The notes under the pieces: generated by a model
What the model was told of the DNA's origin: nothing
Seen by the model: only the letters and a program-made list of their open reading frames with translations
Database searches by the model: none
Shown here: positions 54,701 to 64,000 of the stretch, piece by piece
Layout: every line of letters begins with the position of its first letter
Position numbering within the stretch: the stretch's first letter is position 1
Position numbers and translations under genes: made by a program
From: Antedon mediterranea
Taxonomy: Eukaryota; Animalia; Echinodermata
DNA length: 64,000 nucleotides
Assembly: GCF_964355755.1 (NCBI RefSeq)
Contig: NC_092678.1
Coordinates: forward strand, 18,927,365 to 18,991,364
Direction: 5' to 3'

Positions 54701-55846
54701 ATACTGATAAATGACGTAATGACTCAACAACTACACAGCTGTTTGATTCGAAAATTTATTTTGAGCACGGTCAGAAATATAATATAATTTACGTTAGAAA
54801 ATAAATTTAGTGACGTGTTGTTGTTTAATCACGATATCTTCTTTTCTTAAATCTGATATAATTTATAGCCTAGAACTAATTTAATGTATCCTTAACAATT
54901 GTTTTCAGGAATTCCTTTGATAATTGTTGCTGTTTGTCTTGGAATTAATGCTGATGACTACGCGGCTGAAGATTAGTAAGTAACAGATCAGTTTCAAAGC
55001 GTTTGTTGATAAAGTTATAAATTAAGCATTTAAAAACTGAGAGTAAAAAATAGCCTAGGTAGCTAAGAAAACCGTGTTTTATATTGAGTATAAAGTCTAT
55101 TTTTCTTCATGTATTTAAATGAAGGCGGAGGGGTTGACCCCTCTCTTGATTTTAATATGTATCTTCTGTAAACTATTTTCAACGTCGTATTGTCCTAATT
55201 ATTTGTAACTATTTCGTAAAAACTATATAAAATACCATGGATTAAGGAATAACAAACTGAAACTTATCCAAAGCTTGTTGTTTTTTTCAAGAAAATAAAT
55301 AATGTATTTTTATGGTAAGATAAAAGACATCGTCTGGTCATATTTTTAAAATTATTCCTTTTTTTCAGTTGTTTTATTTCTTCAGGGAATATTCGGAACT
55401 TTGGCTTCATTTTGATCATTGGTGTTCTTATGATGTTCAATTACGTGGTGTTCATTTTAGTAATGCGTACTTTGATTTGCCGACGAAAGATTGGCAACAA
55501 AGTTGAGAAAAAAGAGGAAGTGATTAAACACCTCCAGAATGCTTTCGCAGTTTCTGTCCTTCTAGGCCTAACATGGGTGTTTGGATTCCTTGCAATTAAT
55601 GAAGATTCGATCTCTCGCGACGTGTTTCAGTGGCTGTTCTCTCTGTTTAACTCACTGCAAGGGCTCTTTATTTTCCTTTTCTTCTGCGTACGCCAGAAAG
55701 ATATTCGCGACGCGTGGAAGTCATGCTACAAAGAAAGTGACAACAGCAAGAAATCGAAGGTTAAAAATGGTATGAGCACAGGCAGCAACAATGTCAAAAA
55801 TGAAAGCGTTGAAATGACATGTGGAGATACTAAACTTAGTATTTAA
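21530..55846 (+). CDS. Giant multidomain adhesion GPCR paralogue B (~3044 codons, 42 coding exons; in-frame TAG at 41186)
   Basis: Hand-spliced GT-AG exons give one phase-consistent frame of 9135 nt from signal peptide MLLKCLILVFGLCNLVNSQ to the 7TM; the only interruption I found is TAG at 41186-41188. Confidence 0.8.
22747..22900 (+). repeat. Local tandem duplication with internal 12-bp repeats
   Basis: tagtttctgtacaatcaaacatttgagaaa twice; (tt.aagcgtttag)x3 between. Confidence 0.7.
23111..23897 (+). CDS. MAM domain 1 (exons 23111-23236 and 23574-23897)
   Basis: CSFDVDFCGW...FCVKFNYYL...IVAINNVNISRGSC. Confidence 0.88.
23268..23550 (+). mobile_element. 5S rRNA-derived SINE (SINE3) with tRNA-like segment and Deu-like core
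   Basis: ttctcgtcagattaccgaagttaag...gggcccggtt...aatgggagaccgtctcggaat resembles 5S rRNA; then tggtgtaatggt; then ggatgggacgtaaagtcgtttgtccc...tgcacgttaa. Confidence 0.7.
24508..24846 (+). CDS. CUB domain 1
   Basis: ITSPYYPEN...CEWIVESP...LTFYDFELRSCCDFV...FQSNYNGVNRGF. Confidence 0.93.
24976..25098 (+). CDS. LDL-receptor class A repeat 1
   Basis: CSGYLCLDG...CLNGSLVCDGTDDCGDFSDERHGC. Confidence 0.93.
26187..27002 (+). CDS. MAM domain 2 (exons 26187-26309 and 26670-27002)
   Basis: CNFDVDMCGW...FCVKFNYYL...RGTC. Confidence 0.88.
27440..27580. repeat. Degenerate trinucleotide microsatellite (ATT/GCT/GTT)
   Basis: Runs of tat, gct and gtt in an intron. Confidence 0.8.
27659..27994 (+). CDS. 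CUB domain 2
   Basis: ITSPYYPENHNNQYCEWIV...SCCDFV. Confidence 0.93.
28120..28242 (+). CDS. LDLa repeat 2
   Basis: CPGYLCLNG...VCDGTDNCGDLSDERKGC. Confidence 0.92.
28505..28790 (+). mobile_element. Internal fragment of the Helitron-like family at 18601/20200
   Basis: ttcaacgatttgccccaaatag...ctcgagtacagcatcataatgtt matches ~18958-19245. Confidence 0.75.
29134..30017 (+). CDS. MAM domain 3 (exons 29134-29259 and 29685-30017)
   Basis: Same two-exon MAM pattern, open frame. Confidence 0.88.
31266..32043 (+). CDS. MAM domain 4 (exons 31266-31391 and 31717-32043)
   Basis: Same two-exon MAM pattern, open frame. Confidence 0.88.
32644..32979 (+). CDS. CUB domain 3
   Basis: ITSPYYPENH...FDLQSCCDFV. 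Confidence 0.93.
33115..33237 (+). CDS. LDLa repeat 3
   Basis: CSEYLCVDG...VCDGNDDCGDLSDEKHGC. Confidence 0.92.
34284..35134 (+). CDS. MAM domain 5 (exons 34284-34409 and 34802-35134)
   Basis: CNFDLDMCGW...IVAIDNVNISRGTC. Confidence 0.88.
35925..37550 (-). mobile_element. Old degenerate RTE-like LINE
   Basis: NIRYADETALL...NVKKTK...FKYLDS (36481-36783); GKSPG..DGVPAEL-like segment at ~37222-37263; many frameshifts; ends approximate. Confidence 0.82.
37946..38266 (+). CDS. CUB domain 4 (shortened variant)
   Basis: INITTLENH in place of INITSPYYPENH; donor ATTG|gtcagt keeps phase 1. Confidence 0.85.
38361..38412 (+). pseudogene. Dead LDLa exon relic
   Basis: atctttcttggtaatgttctggat...ggtgtttgctt aligns to 24964-25024; acceptor AG lost, internal deletion, 3' truncated. 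Confidence 0.7.
39248..39487 (+). CDS. HYR domain
   Basis: DVSPDVVCP...VSVSWINPTVTDNVD...CTPPSGS...ATDISGNVGICSFFVHV. Confidence 0.93.
40010..41420 (+). CDS. Domain X copy 1 (exons 40010-40164, 40546-40662, 41102-41420) with in-frame TAG
   Basis: Paralogous to 43357-45048; GTT TAG TTA at 41183-41191 versus GTT TCG TTA in the other two copies. Confidence 0.75.
42152..42295 (+). CDS. Atypical EGF-like exon
   Basis: NPCRNGG...FYCACPPGFRGPTC, phase 1-1. Confidence 0.85.
43013..43132 (+). CDS. LDLa repeat 4 (distinct lineage)
   Basis: [37 protein letters not shown]. Confidence 0.93.
43357..45048 (+). CDS. Domain X copy 2 (exons 43357-43502, 44250-44366, 44733-45048)
   Basis: Open frame, phases 1-0-0-1. 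Confidence 0.85.
45311..46584 (+). CDS. aGPCR-B Ig domain 1 (exons 45311-45506 and 46517-46584)
   Basis: Paralogue of 1596-1791 / 1988-2055. Confidence 0.88.
45644..46470 (+). mobile_element. Helentron-associated non-autonomous element (DINE-1/HINE architecture)
   Basis: Inserted in a T-run, no TSD, empty site at ~1927-1935; subterminal IR agtcgcgtg (45646) / cacgcgact (46443); 5' hairpin agtcgc-gcgact; (GTCT/GTCG)n microsatellite twice; short 3' ggc..gcc stem. Confidence 0.85.
47028..47627 (+). CDS. aGPCR-B domain Y exon
   Basis: 600 nt, near-identical to 2461-3060. Confidence 0.85.
47927..48178 (+). CDS. aGPCR-B Ig domain 2
   Basis: Paralogue of 3363-3614. Confidence 0.92.
48348..49057 (+). 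CDS. aGPCR-B SEA-like domain (exons 48348-48457 and 48865-49057)
   Basis: LKSGSVIT motif. Confidence 0.8.
49315..49725 (+). CDS. aGPCR-B HormR-like domain (exons 49315-49428 and 49613-49725)
   Basis: Paralogue of 4784-5219. Confidence 0.78.
49829..50972 (+). CDS. aGPCR-B GAIN exons (49829-49975 and 50415-50972)
   Basis: Paralogue of 5311-6363. Confidence 0.9.
50467..51908 (+). repeat. Tandem duplication of 719 bp (period 723) covering most of the large GAIN exon plus intron
   Basis: 50467-51185 and 51190-51908 look identical; separated by atta; second copy lacks the acceptor. Confidence 0.93.
51834..51948. repeat. 19-bp perfect inverted repeat within a copy-B-specific intron insertion
   Basis: ttaaaaaataaatgtcaac (51834-51852) / gttgacatttattttttaa (51930-51948). 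Confidence 0.75.
52061..52216 (+). CDS. aGPCR-B GPS exon
   Basis: CVFWDF...WSSEGC...CLCAHL/TNFAILV. Confidence 0.96.
53430..53539 (+). CDS. aGPCR-B TM1 exon
   Basis: DYYEPKEYNALSIISLIGCIVSVVSL. Confidence 0.92.
53930..54192 (+). CDS. aGPCR-B TM2-TM3 exon
   Basis: HKILINLSLS...LIHYFGLASVFWMTIEA. Confidence 0.95.
54909..54975 (+). CDS. aGPCR-B TM4 exon
   Basis: GIPLIIVAVCLGINADDY. Confidence 0.9.
55369..55846 (+). CDS. aGPCR-B terminal exon, TM5-TM7 and C-tail
   Basis: LLGLTWVFGFL...FNSLQGLFIF; stop TAA. Confidence 0.96.
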
Positions 55847-58800
55847 GTCAAATCAAATTTGCATAGGCCTACATAAATATAGTTTGGTTGTATACTGCTA
55901 CAATATATACTTACTCGATTGTACCTTCCTATTAGGCCCATATTCATAGTTTATAGTTCATTTTATTTGTCAAAAAAGAAATTCATGTTGACATACAATT
56001 GATCTAAATTAGTTGAAGGTTAGTAATACGTCAGAAAATGAATATTTGAAAAATACAACAGAGCTTCAATTTCAATTTATTTTCCACATACAACTACTAG
56101 TAAATGGAGGATGTATATTTTAAGATCTGTACAGAGCATAGATCTTTAAGCTAATTAGCAACCTTAGACAATAATATATGTTTATATTGGAAAATAAAAA
56201 CTGAAACTGAAACTGAATAATAATAATTACAATAAACATAAAAGCAGTTTATAAGTAAATAAGTAAAAGTAAAAAAAAAAATAAGGCAGTATACAAAAAA
56301 AATTTAAAAATGATTAATAAATAATAAATAAGCAGTTAAACCTATGACAAACTTTACATTTGACTTACAATACAATTTGTCATAATATATTTTTTAACAT
56401 TTTAATCGTTTTAACTCGATTGAATCATGTCTGATTGAGTGAATATAAGATAGTTTTTATTATACAGTTTATATAACCTGGAAATAGCATTGCTATTAGT
56501 ATTTGGAATAACCAGACGCACTGTAACAAAAATGTAAACATATAAAGTAAAAAAAATATGCAACCAGCACGGTCATATTTCGTGCATCTTTTTACATTAG
56601 TAAGGTAAAATTGCGCCTTATCTTATCTCAAAATTTACACCACATGTTGTGTAAATTGTAAAGTCTGAACAGCACATCGATTTACCTGACCTGACCTAGG
56701 TTGGTCTTCGATATCGTCGCAAATCGAATTCCCTCTTTATGTCATTCATACCATAGTTCTTTCAAAATTTGAGCATATACTCAGATATTATAATATTTTT
56801 TTTTAAGTTGCAAATATATACCATAGCCAGTGAAAATTGTATACCCAGGCTAGATTAGCATATCACCCAGATAAAGTACAATCAACTCAGCCGTCATGTA
56901 TTTGTCAGTGTTTTTTACTAGAGTATCTCATTAAATTTTATTACGTTTTATGAAATGTGTATGTTGATGTATTACGGTACATAACTGCATTAATCGGATC
57001 GGAATCCATGGCTTTGTCAGAGTGCATTTATAGTTTTTATTTTGTAACATTTCATGAGGGGTCCCCAACTTAAGTACAAAAAGAAATATCGCTACCGGGT
57101 ATTGATCAAAGCGTTATAGTTTGAAAGTAGACATTCGCTACTCACTTTGAAGACGTGGCCCGTATCCCATACGGGGTAATTTACTGTCCCAGGACGCGAG
57201 GCCCATTGTATACGTACGGGTTGACTTTTTGATCACTGAATTGTAATTTTTGAGCATTTTACCTTTGACCTAGGTAAAAAATGCAATTTTTCGGAAGGTC
57301 AAAATATTTCCCATAACAATAAAATCAACAATTGCAGAAAGTTACAGTCATAAAAATGTATTTTGCATTTTTCCTAAACCTATTAAAAATAATCTCATTT
57401 AGCCTCAGAGTTGAGGTGAGAACCTCGCGTCTTCAAAGGGTAAGCCACCTGAAAATACTGATAATGCGTGCACCGGTCGAGAGTTCCATTTGAAAGTCTG
57501 GACCACTAAATCCAATTTTAGCTTTCGTAGAAATCTATTTATATATATATTTTTTGGAAGAATAATAAAACAAACTTTTAATAAATAAACGGTTACATTC
57601 AATCGAAAACCATTGACTTATAGACAATTTGACTTACGGAGTTTTTTGTTTTTTTGTTTTTCAAAGAAAAATATATTTGTTTTCGATCCAATTTTTGAAT
57701 AACTATTAAATAACATGAAATTAACATTTTCAAATTATTTTGTTCAAGGTGCACTATATCTTTAAATACTAATTTTTATGTCCTTTTTAAATGTTTGTTT
57801 TTGCTTGTTTGTTTGTTTTTATTAGTAATTTGTTTTGTTTGTTATTTGTTTGTTTTTTCTGCGAGGGGGGGGGGGGGGGATTCATGTATGCAAGACAAGA
57901 AACGTTGTTTCTTAAGCCGGTTTTCCAGTAGGCGAATGTGTTCGCCCGAATCAAAAGTGCGCGCATGCGTATTACACTTTTTATCTACTTTTTGTGACGT
58001 GAAAAATGCGCAACCAATCACAACTCAAGAATGTTCGATTCGCGATTTCTTCAGTAATGGAAAATGTAAGACGTGGTCTGTAATAATGTTTAAATCAAAT
58101 GTGTTATCACTATATGCCATTATTGAAATTAGTAAATGTTCTTAAAATAAAAGAACAAAACGGTGTCCAATAGGGTGTTTTTCCTTAAAGGTTCCCTAAA
58201 TTGACCAAATCGTACCATCTCGGCATCATCATTATGACTTGCGTTCCTCCGCCTACCTATATCATCATGGGTGAAATTAAACTCAGGCGGAAGTGGTGTA
58301 GTCTTACCACATTGGTAGCTGACCTCTGTGTACCCATTTCAAAACACAGCAAGTCTCAATTTATGTCAGTTACCACCTTGAATTCAAGTAGAAGAGAGTT
58401 TTTTTTTAGCATACAGTCTACGGGCTAATTTGTTTAAGTATGGAAACGTATAATGCATGTAAAAGTTACAACATTATAATCGGACTTTTTTTGGTAAGTA
58501 TTGTTATTGTTCTTTTAGTTGTAATGTGTCGATTATTATAGCATATGGATAGAGATACTTGTGAAGGTGAACACACAGCATTAAATACTGTAAAAACATA
58601 GGATAGGCCAATAGAATATGGGACGATGATTACAGTTTGAAATGTGATGAATACTGTATTAATGATACAGTTACAGTACATCACACAACGGATGAGGTTG
58701 TATTTAAGATAGGTTGATACTGATCTATCTATTAACAATTATGCATTTCTATGTGTGAGATTGTATGCCTTGTTGTATGTTATGTTGAAGGTTTGGGTTT

Positions 58801-61674
58801 GGGTGCGTCAAGAAAATATCGTCGTATTATTTGGCATCGTGTCGCATCAGCAAGGCATTTCACTTAACCTGTCCTTGACCCAGTCCTACCAAAACATTTT
58901 AATTTGTAAAATAAATGCTATTGAAATATCGTTTTAAGCTACGTTCGCACCAAGTCTGCATAAATCTCTGTCTACACTATCAAACTTTATATGAATGTGA
59001 TGTACGTATCCATATATGGACATGATGATGTCATACCACTACCATATTTGGGCATATCACTACCATATTTGTGGCCACATCACCATTTACATTTGTATTA
59101 GTAGCTAAGACTACGTACGTTTGTTAATGTAATGTCTGTTAAATTTAAATATCGGTTTTTACAAACAGATTGTCTTAAAGCGCCTAAATTTTAGAATGAA
59201 TTACTTACAATGAGAAATTACTACTAGCGTTCACACCATGTCCGCCTCCACATAACAATACAGATTACATCATAAAAAAATGTTTTAATTCAATAAAATT
59301 AAAACAGATAAAATGGCTATAAATGAAATACTGTTAAAAGTTGGACAAATTGGAAAATAAACAGGCAGATATTTATAAATCATATCAATTAAAATGAATA
59401 AAAAAAGAAACGGGTTAATTAAATGGATGTTCGAGGTAGAAAAGTAGAAAACTGAATACATAAAATACAGTAGGGAAGGTGGCCTACATAAAATCCTTTG
59501 TAGCAGACACCGATAGGATATAATACGACAAAATCATAATTAATATTAACTGAATTCTGTCATATGACGACACGAGGTGCAATAAAACTATCCTTTATTA
59601 AATAAATACTTCCTTCTCCCGTAATAGCTAACGATTAAAACACTTCCGTTATTACCCAGTTACCCATATCGGACACGAGTTATGTGTTTGTTGTGTCTAT
59701 AAACTGTTATTAGGAAAATATAGCATACTAGGCCTAAACGATTTACTAAAATTAGTAAACTGGGGTTTTTTTAGTCTACAGCTCACTATGTCGGTCGGTC
59801 GGTTGGTCGGTGAACACTAACTTGAACACTCGATATGGCCTTTTTTAAAGAACATTTACTGTATGTTGTTGCAGTTTCTATATACCAGGTACGCGTGCAC
59901 CACGTCATGTTAGTAGTACTAAGTAGAATTGATATGAAAAAGAAACAGTTTACTTGAAAACAAAATTGTTGTGATGGCGACTCAATATTATAAATTATCA
60001 ATATATTCATTACACGTTTAATGTGTTGTAAGTTAATTATACAATATTCATGATAGGCGTAAAATGTTCTTATTAATTTCACATCACAATGTTTTTTAAC
60101 CTAAAAGTGAACAACATCTTTGACAAAAGTTTCTTATAGCTAGTACAGTTACATGAATAGGGGTCGTCATAACATACATTTCCCCTATTTTGTTAAAAAG
60201 AAATGTTTCCACTTTCTATTAAAATAGAGGTGTTCCAGAGAGCTGTATCTGAATTTTACATTTTTTTTTTTTTCATAAACACTTTTTTTCTTCTTGGATA
60301 GAATGCACGTATTAAACTTAAACTCACTAAATTGTTACCACAATAAAATTAGTCATTGTTTTCTATATTACGAAATACGTCTTGTATTACAGTTTTGTCT
60401 GAGTTTATGTTCTTAATGTCAAGTTATGATTTATGGACATTTTCTATGATCTCTGATTGGCTGGATAAATACAGGTCCGCATTCCAATGTAGTTGGTCTC
60501 CCTGGATACACCTCTTGCAATGATGACGTATTAAAATAAATCGTAATCTATCAATCGTACAGGTGGCAATGATAATAGTTTGAGTCACGTAAACACAAAC
60601 GCCAAAATAATATATTTTTTAAAATATTATCATTTTAAATAATTTTTTTAAAGTAAAGTTTAAACTACAAACGTTATGTCGTGTTTTCATAATTCTAATA
60701 TTAATGACAAATAAAAACAATTCACTGAGAAAGTGTAGGCCCATAGCATTTGGAGTTCAAATTTATAAATCGGGTGTAATTTACATCTCTATATTAAAAT
60801 ATAATATACAGTATAACATTAACCCCCAACTCTGTTTATTGGCGAAAAAAATGTAATTTTAAACCAATTTCAAGTTGCATAGTCATTATGTATTCATAAT
60901 TAATAGTATAGTGCCCGTCCATTAGACATGGAACTTCTATACTAACTTCTAGGTATTATACAATTTTGTTTATTATTATTATTATACGTTGTTTTTATTA
61001 TTATTATTGTTATTAGTATTAACTGGTGGTTAAAAATGTGTCTTAAACTAAAGGCCAAATTCTTCATTGTGTGTGTCGTGTTGGATGAGTGAGATAGAGA
61101 GATGTTTTAGACATTACGTTCACTAGCCATTTGAATTGTTAATTTAGACAGGTTACGTATGAAATAGCCCTTTGACCTGGTAGTTTATAGGCTTACAGGA
61201 AGCAGGAACATTTTCCTCTCTGAATGAGTATGTGTGAGTAGGCGTACGAAACGACCCTTATGCATACATGTTGAAAGATTTCTTCCTCCATACAAAGAAA
61301 GTTCTGTTCGTCCACATGTTTAAACAACCACACATAATGGATACAACATGACACAACATTCAATGTCCCTTTCATGTATCCGTTCATTTTCCCACTGAAA
61401 AATTAATACGATTTGTATTTGTTCTTGATTTTACAATTATTAAACGAACAGGAGTTTAAACTTTTGAATTTTCTACTAGAAATTCATTTTACAGTACATG
61501 TTTTACATCAATAAATACATTTTTTAGCCCTAAAATAAATGTTTTAACACCCGAAGACATAGCAATATTGCTTGTCAAACTACATAATGTTAATCGTGAA
61601 AGTTGATTATCAAAATCACTTCACTTTTAAAAGACTGTTAATAATTTGTGTATTTTTTTAAACTTTATTTTCAG

Positions 61675-61705
61675 GTGTTTTTATATCAAGTTAGACCTAC
61701 ACACG
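61675..61705 (+). CDS. Candidate 31-nt micro-exon of the lectin gene
   Basis: tttattttcag|GTG...CAC G|gtaaga; VFLYQVRPTH, phase 1 fits the next exon. Confidence 0.45.
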
Positions 61706-62691
61706 GTAAGAATAATGCAGTACAATATGGTTAGGTATAATTATATAAATTAACTCCTTATTATAGGCCCTATCATTTTAAGTAAATACGGAGATACATA
61801 GTTTCACACACTACCGTACCTCCTCTCTCAATAGGTAAGGTAAGAGTGTTCACTTATAAAGAAATCATTCATAGTGTGTATTGGTGACATAGACATTAAA
61901 GGCCTGCGACTAAATGGGTAAAAAACAACCCCATAGGACACGATTTGAACATGTTAGCAACCTGATCTGGTAAATAGACATCCTTGGGATTATAAAAAAA
62001 CATATACAAAAAAATATACATCAGGGGTGCATGGGAACCCCATTTACTAACCTAGACTAAAAACTTAAATTAACGAGAGTAGAAATATGACGAGGTATCG
62101 AGGGACATTTTCATTGGAAACAACTACTGATCAACCTGAAGGCAGCAGTGTTTTTCAATTTTATTTTTTGGTATACCATTTGATATATGCATAGATTGGC
62201 TATTTAATAAGTCGGTACAGTATTTTGTAGGCCTCCTACAGCTTTTGGTTATAATATATGCTACACTGGAAAAACGCTTCCTGGTGCGTATGACGTTTAA
62301 CATATTTTCGCTAACTGCCGTTATTTTAATACTTATCGACTCCGGTTAAATATTAAAGTGTACTACTATTATTGTTTGATATTAACACAGATGACTAGAA
62401 GACTTAGATCTACGAAGGTTTTTTTACTTATGAACTATATTTTCTGCCACTTATGTTGTCTATAAGCGCTGTGTCTTTGTCGACCTGTCAATCGGTTAGA
62501 AAGGTTAAAAAGATGACGACCCAGTGGCGTAAACCCAGAGGGGGAGGAAAAGGCGCCTCTGGTTTAATATACAATTTTATATATTTTAATTAAGTAATAC
62601 GACATATGAGAATCTCACCTATTCTGATTGTAATGTCCACTAGTGTATGTATTTTTTTTAACAACACTAATAGTTTTTTTGTCTTCTGTAG

Positions 62692-63141
62692 GTTGCGATG
62701 GTCTTGTTTACAATACGACTTGCATTAAGTTGAAAATTAATAATCCCATTATCGACTTTAGAGAATACAGATCTTGGGACCAATCAAATGAAGACGCCCA
62801 CAATAGAAATGTTCAGCTAGTAAGCATACAGACATTGGACAAATTTATGGAAATTAAAAACTATATACAAAATACGACCAATCAAAAGACTTTTTATATA
62901 GGATTATCTCGAGAGCCAGACTTAGATAGAACTGTAGTTGGTAACTGGAGATGGGCCTCGAACGATTCATTGACGCTGTGGGACAAGTGGAAATCGGGTG
63001 GTGGTGAACCAAATGTTCGAAACACATTATGTGCAGGAGTAATTTGGCAAGATGATACGTTTCTTGATCTTGAGTGTGATAATCTATCTGCTGCAGAAAT
63101 AGGACTTACGTATATTTACGAATACCCTATAGTTCCACAAC
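62692..63141 (+). CDS. C-type lectin domain exon (gene continues past the window)
   Basis: QLVSIQT, FYIGLS, WRWAS, W...GEPN...C...C; ctgtag| acceptor and C|gtaagt donor. Confidence 0.88.
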
Positions 63142-63601
63142 GTAAGTTAACACGAAGGATATTATCGTTATCGTGTACTGTAAAGCCCTACATTTTCGCG
63201 ATTTTACATTTGCAACTATTTCGCGACCTTTTATTTTCGCGATTTGAGTTTCTTGTGTAATTTGTTGAACCAAATTGGCGAATGTATTTCGCCTCCGCGA
63301 TGAACGTCAAACAACTATTGAATAGCGTCAGTAAAATTACAGAACACGCGATTGTAAATTTAGGGATGTAAATAAATAAACGTTTTGGCTACACAGCGGG
63401 CGAGGCACGTGTTTAATAGGCTGTCAGATAGTGAACACCCCCATATTTAATGTACTCTACCAAATGATTGTTTCTACAACAACAACAGCAACTAATGAAC
63501 GTGACGCCGGCCGGGTGGATCTCTGGAGAGCATGCATCATGGCGATGGTATTTTTGCCGTTTGCTACCACAAACTACGCACGTAGAATACTTTGTGGTTA
63601 A

Positions 63602-63756
63602 GCTGGTTCCCACTAGGACGCAATGCAAGGACGTAAACGCAATGTAAACGTGTTGACCAATGACAAGCGACAGTTTAAATAATCCATCGCTTGTGATTGG
63701 TCAACTCACTTACTTTGCGTTACGCCCTTGTGTTGCGTCTCTAGTGGGAACGAAGC
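63602..63756. mobile_element. Palindromic MITE; related relics at ~10355-10475 and ~54245-54350
   Basis: gttcccactag...gacgcaa / ttgcgtc.ctagtgggaac and inner ttgaccaat..caagcga / tcgcttg..attggtcaa. Confidence 0.75.
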
Positions 63757-64000
63757 ATTTTGTTAATTGTAATACATTCGTGAAACTCGTAGTTAGTGGG
63801 CAAGAAAAAGAAAATATAAAACGGAATTATTTCTAATGCATGTTTGAGAAATTAAATATAGAAACTCACGCCAAAGATTTATTAAACCTTTAATTATGAT
63901 GTTATTTTAATTACTATATTGTATTATAATTATACTATGTTTTTATATTAATTTATTATTAATTATGATTATTAATAATTATTAATTTTACCTTATTTAT

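Noticed and set aside
56000-61600. Short ORFs in the intergenic region
   Set aside because: Low-complexity AT-rich translations without motifs or convincing splice structure; probably repeat relics I cannot classify

Overview
AT-rich, intron-containing animal genomic DNA, probably an invertebrate deuterostome (inferred from the HYR/MAM/CUB content and a Deu-type SINE). Most of the window is two tandem, + strand paralogues of a very large adhesion GPCR. Copy A (1-12039) is only the 3' part: 16 exons, open frame. Copy B (21530-55846) appears complete, with 42 coding exons that I joined by hand at GT-AG sites (9135 nt, ~3044 aa). Its domain order is signal peptide-[MAM-CUB-LDLa]x2-MAM-MAM-CUB-LDLa-MAM-CUB-HYR-X-EGF-LDLa-X-Ig-Y-Ig-SEA-HormR-like-GAIN/GPS-7TM, where X and Y are domains I cannot name. 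Copy B has an in-frame TAG at 41186 that also creates a possible in-frame splice acceptor, a dead LDLa exon, and a near-perfect 719-bp duplication of most of a GAIN exon. A C-type lectin exon lies near the end of the window. Introns and intergenic DNA hold RTE and L1/Tx1 LINE fragments (two with TSDs and an empty site in the paralogue), Helentron-type and Helitron-type elements, a 5S-derived SINE and several MITEs. Coordinates and family calls come from reading the sequence by eye; no database searches were run.
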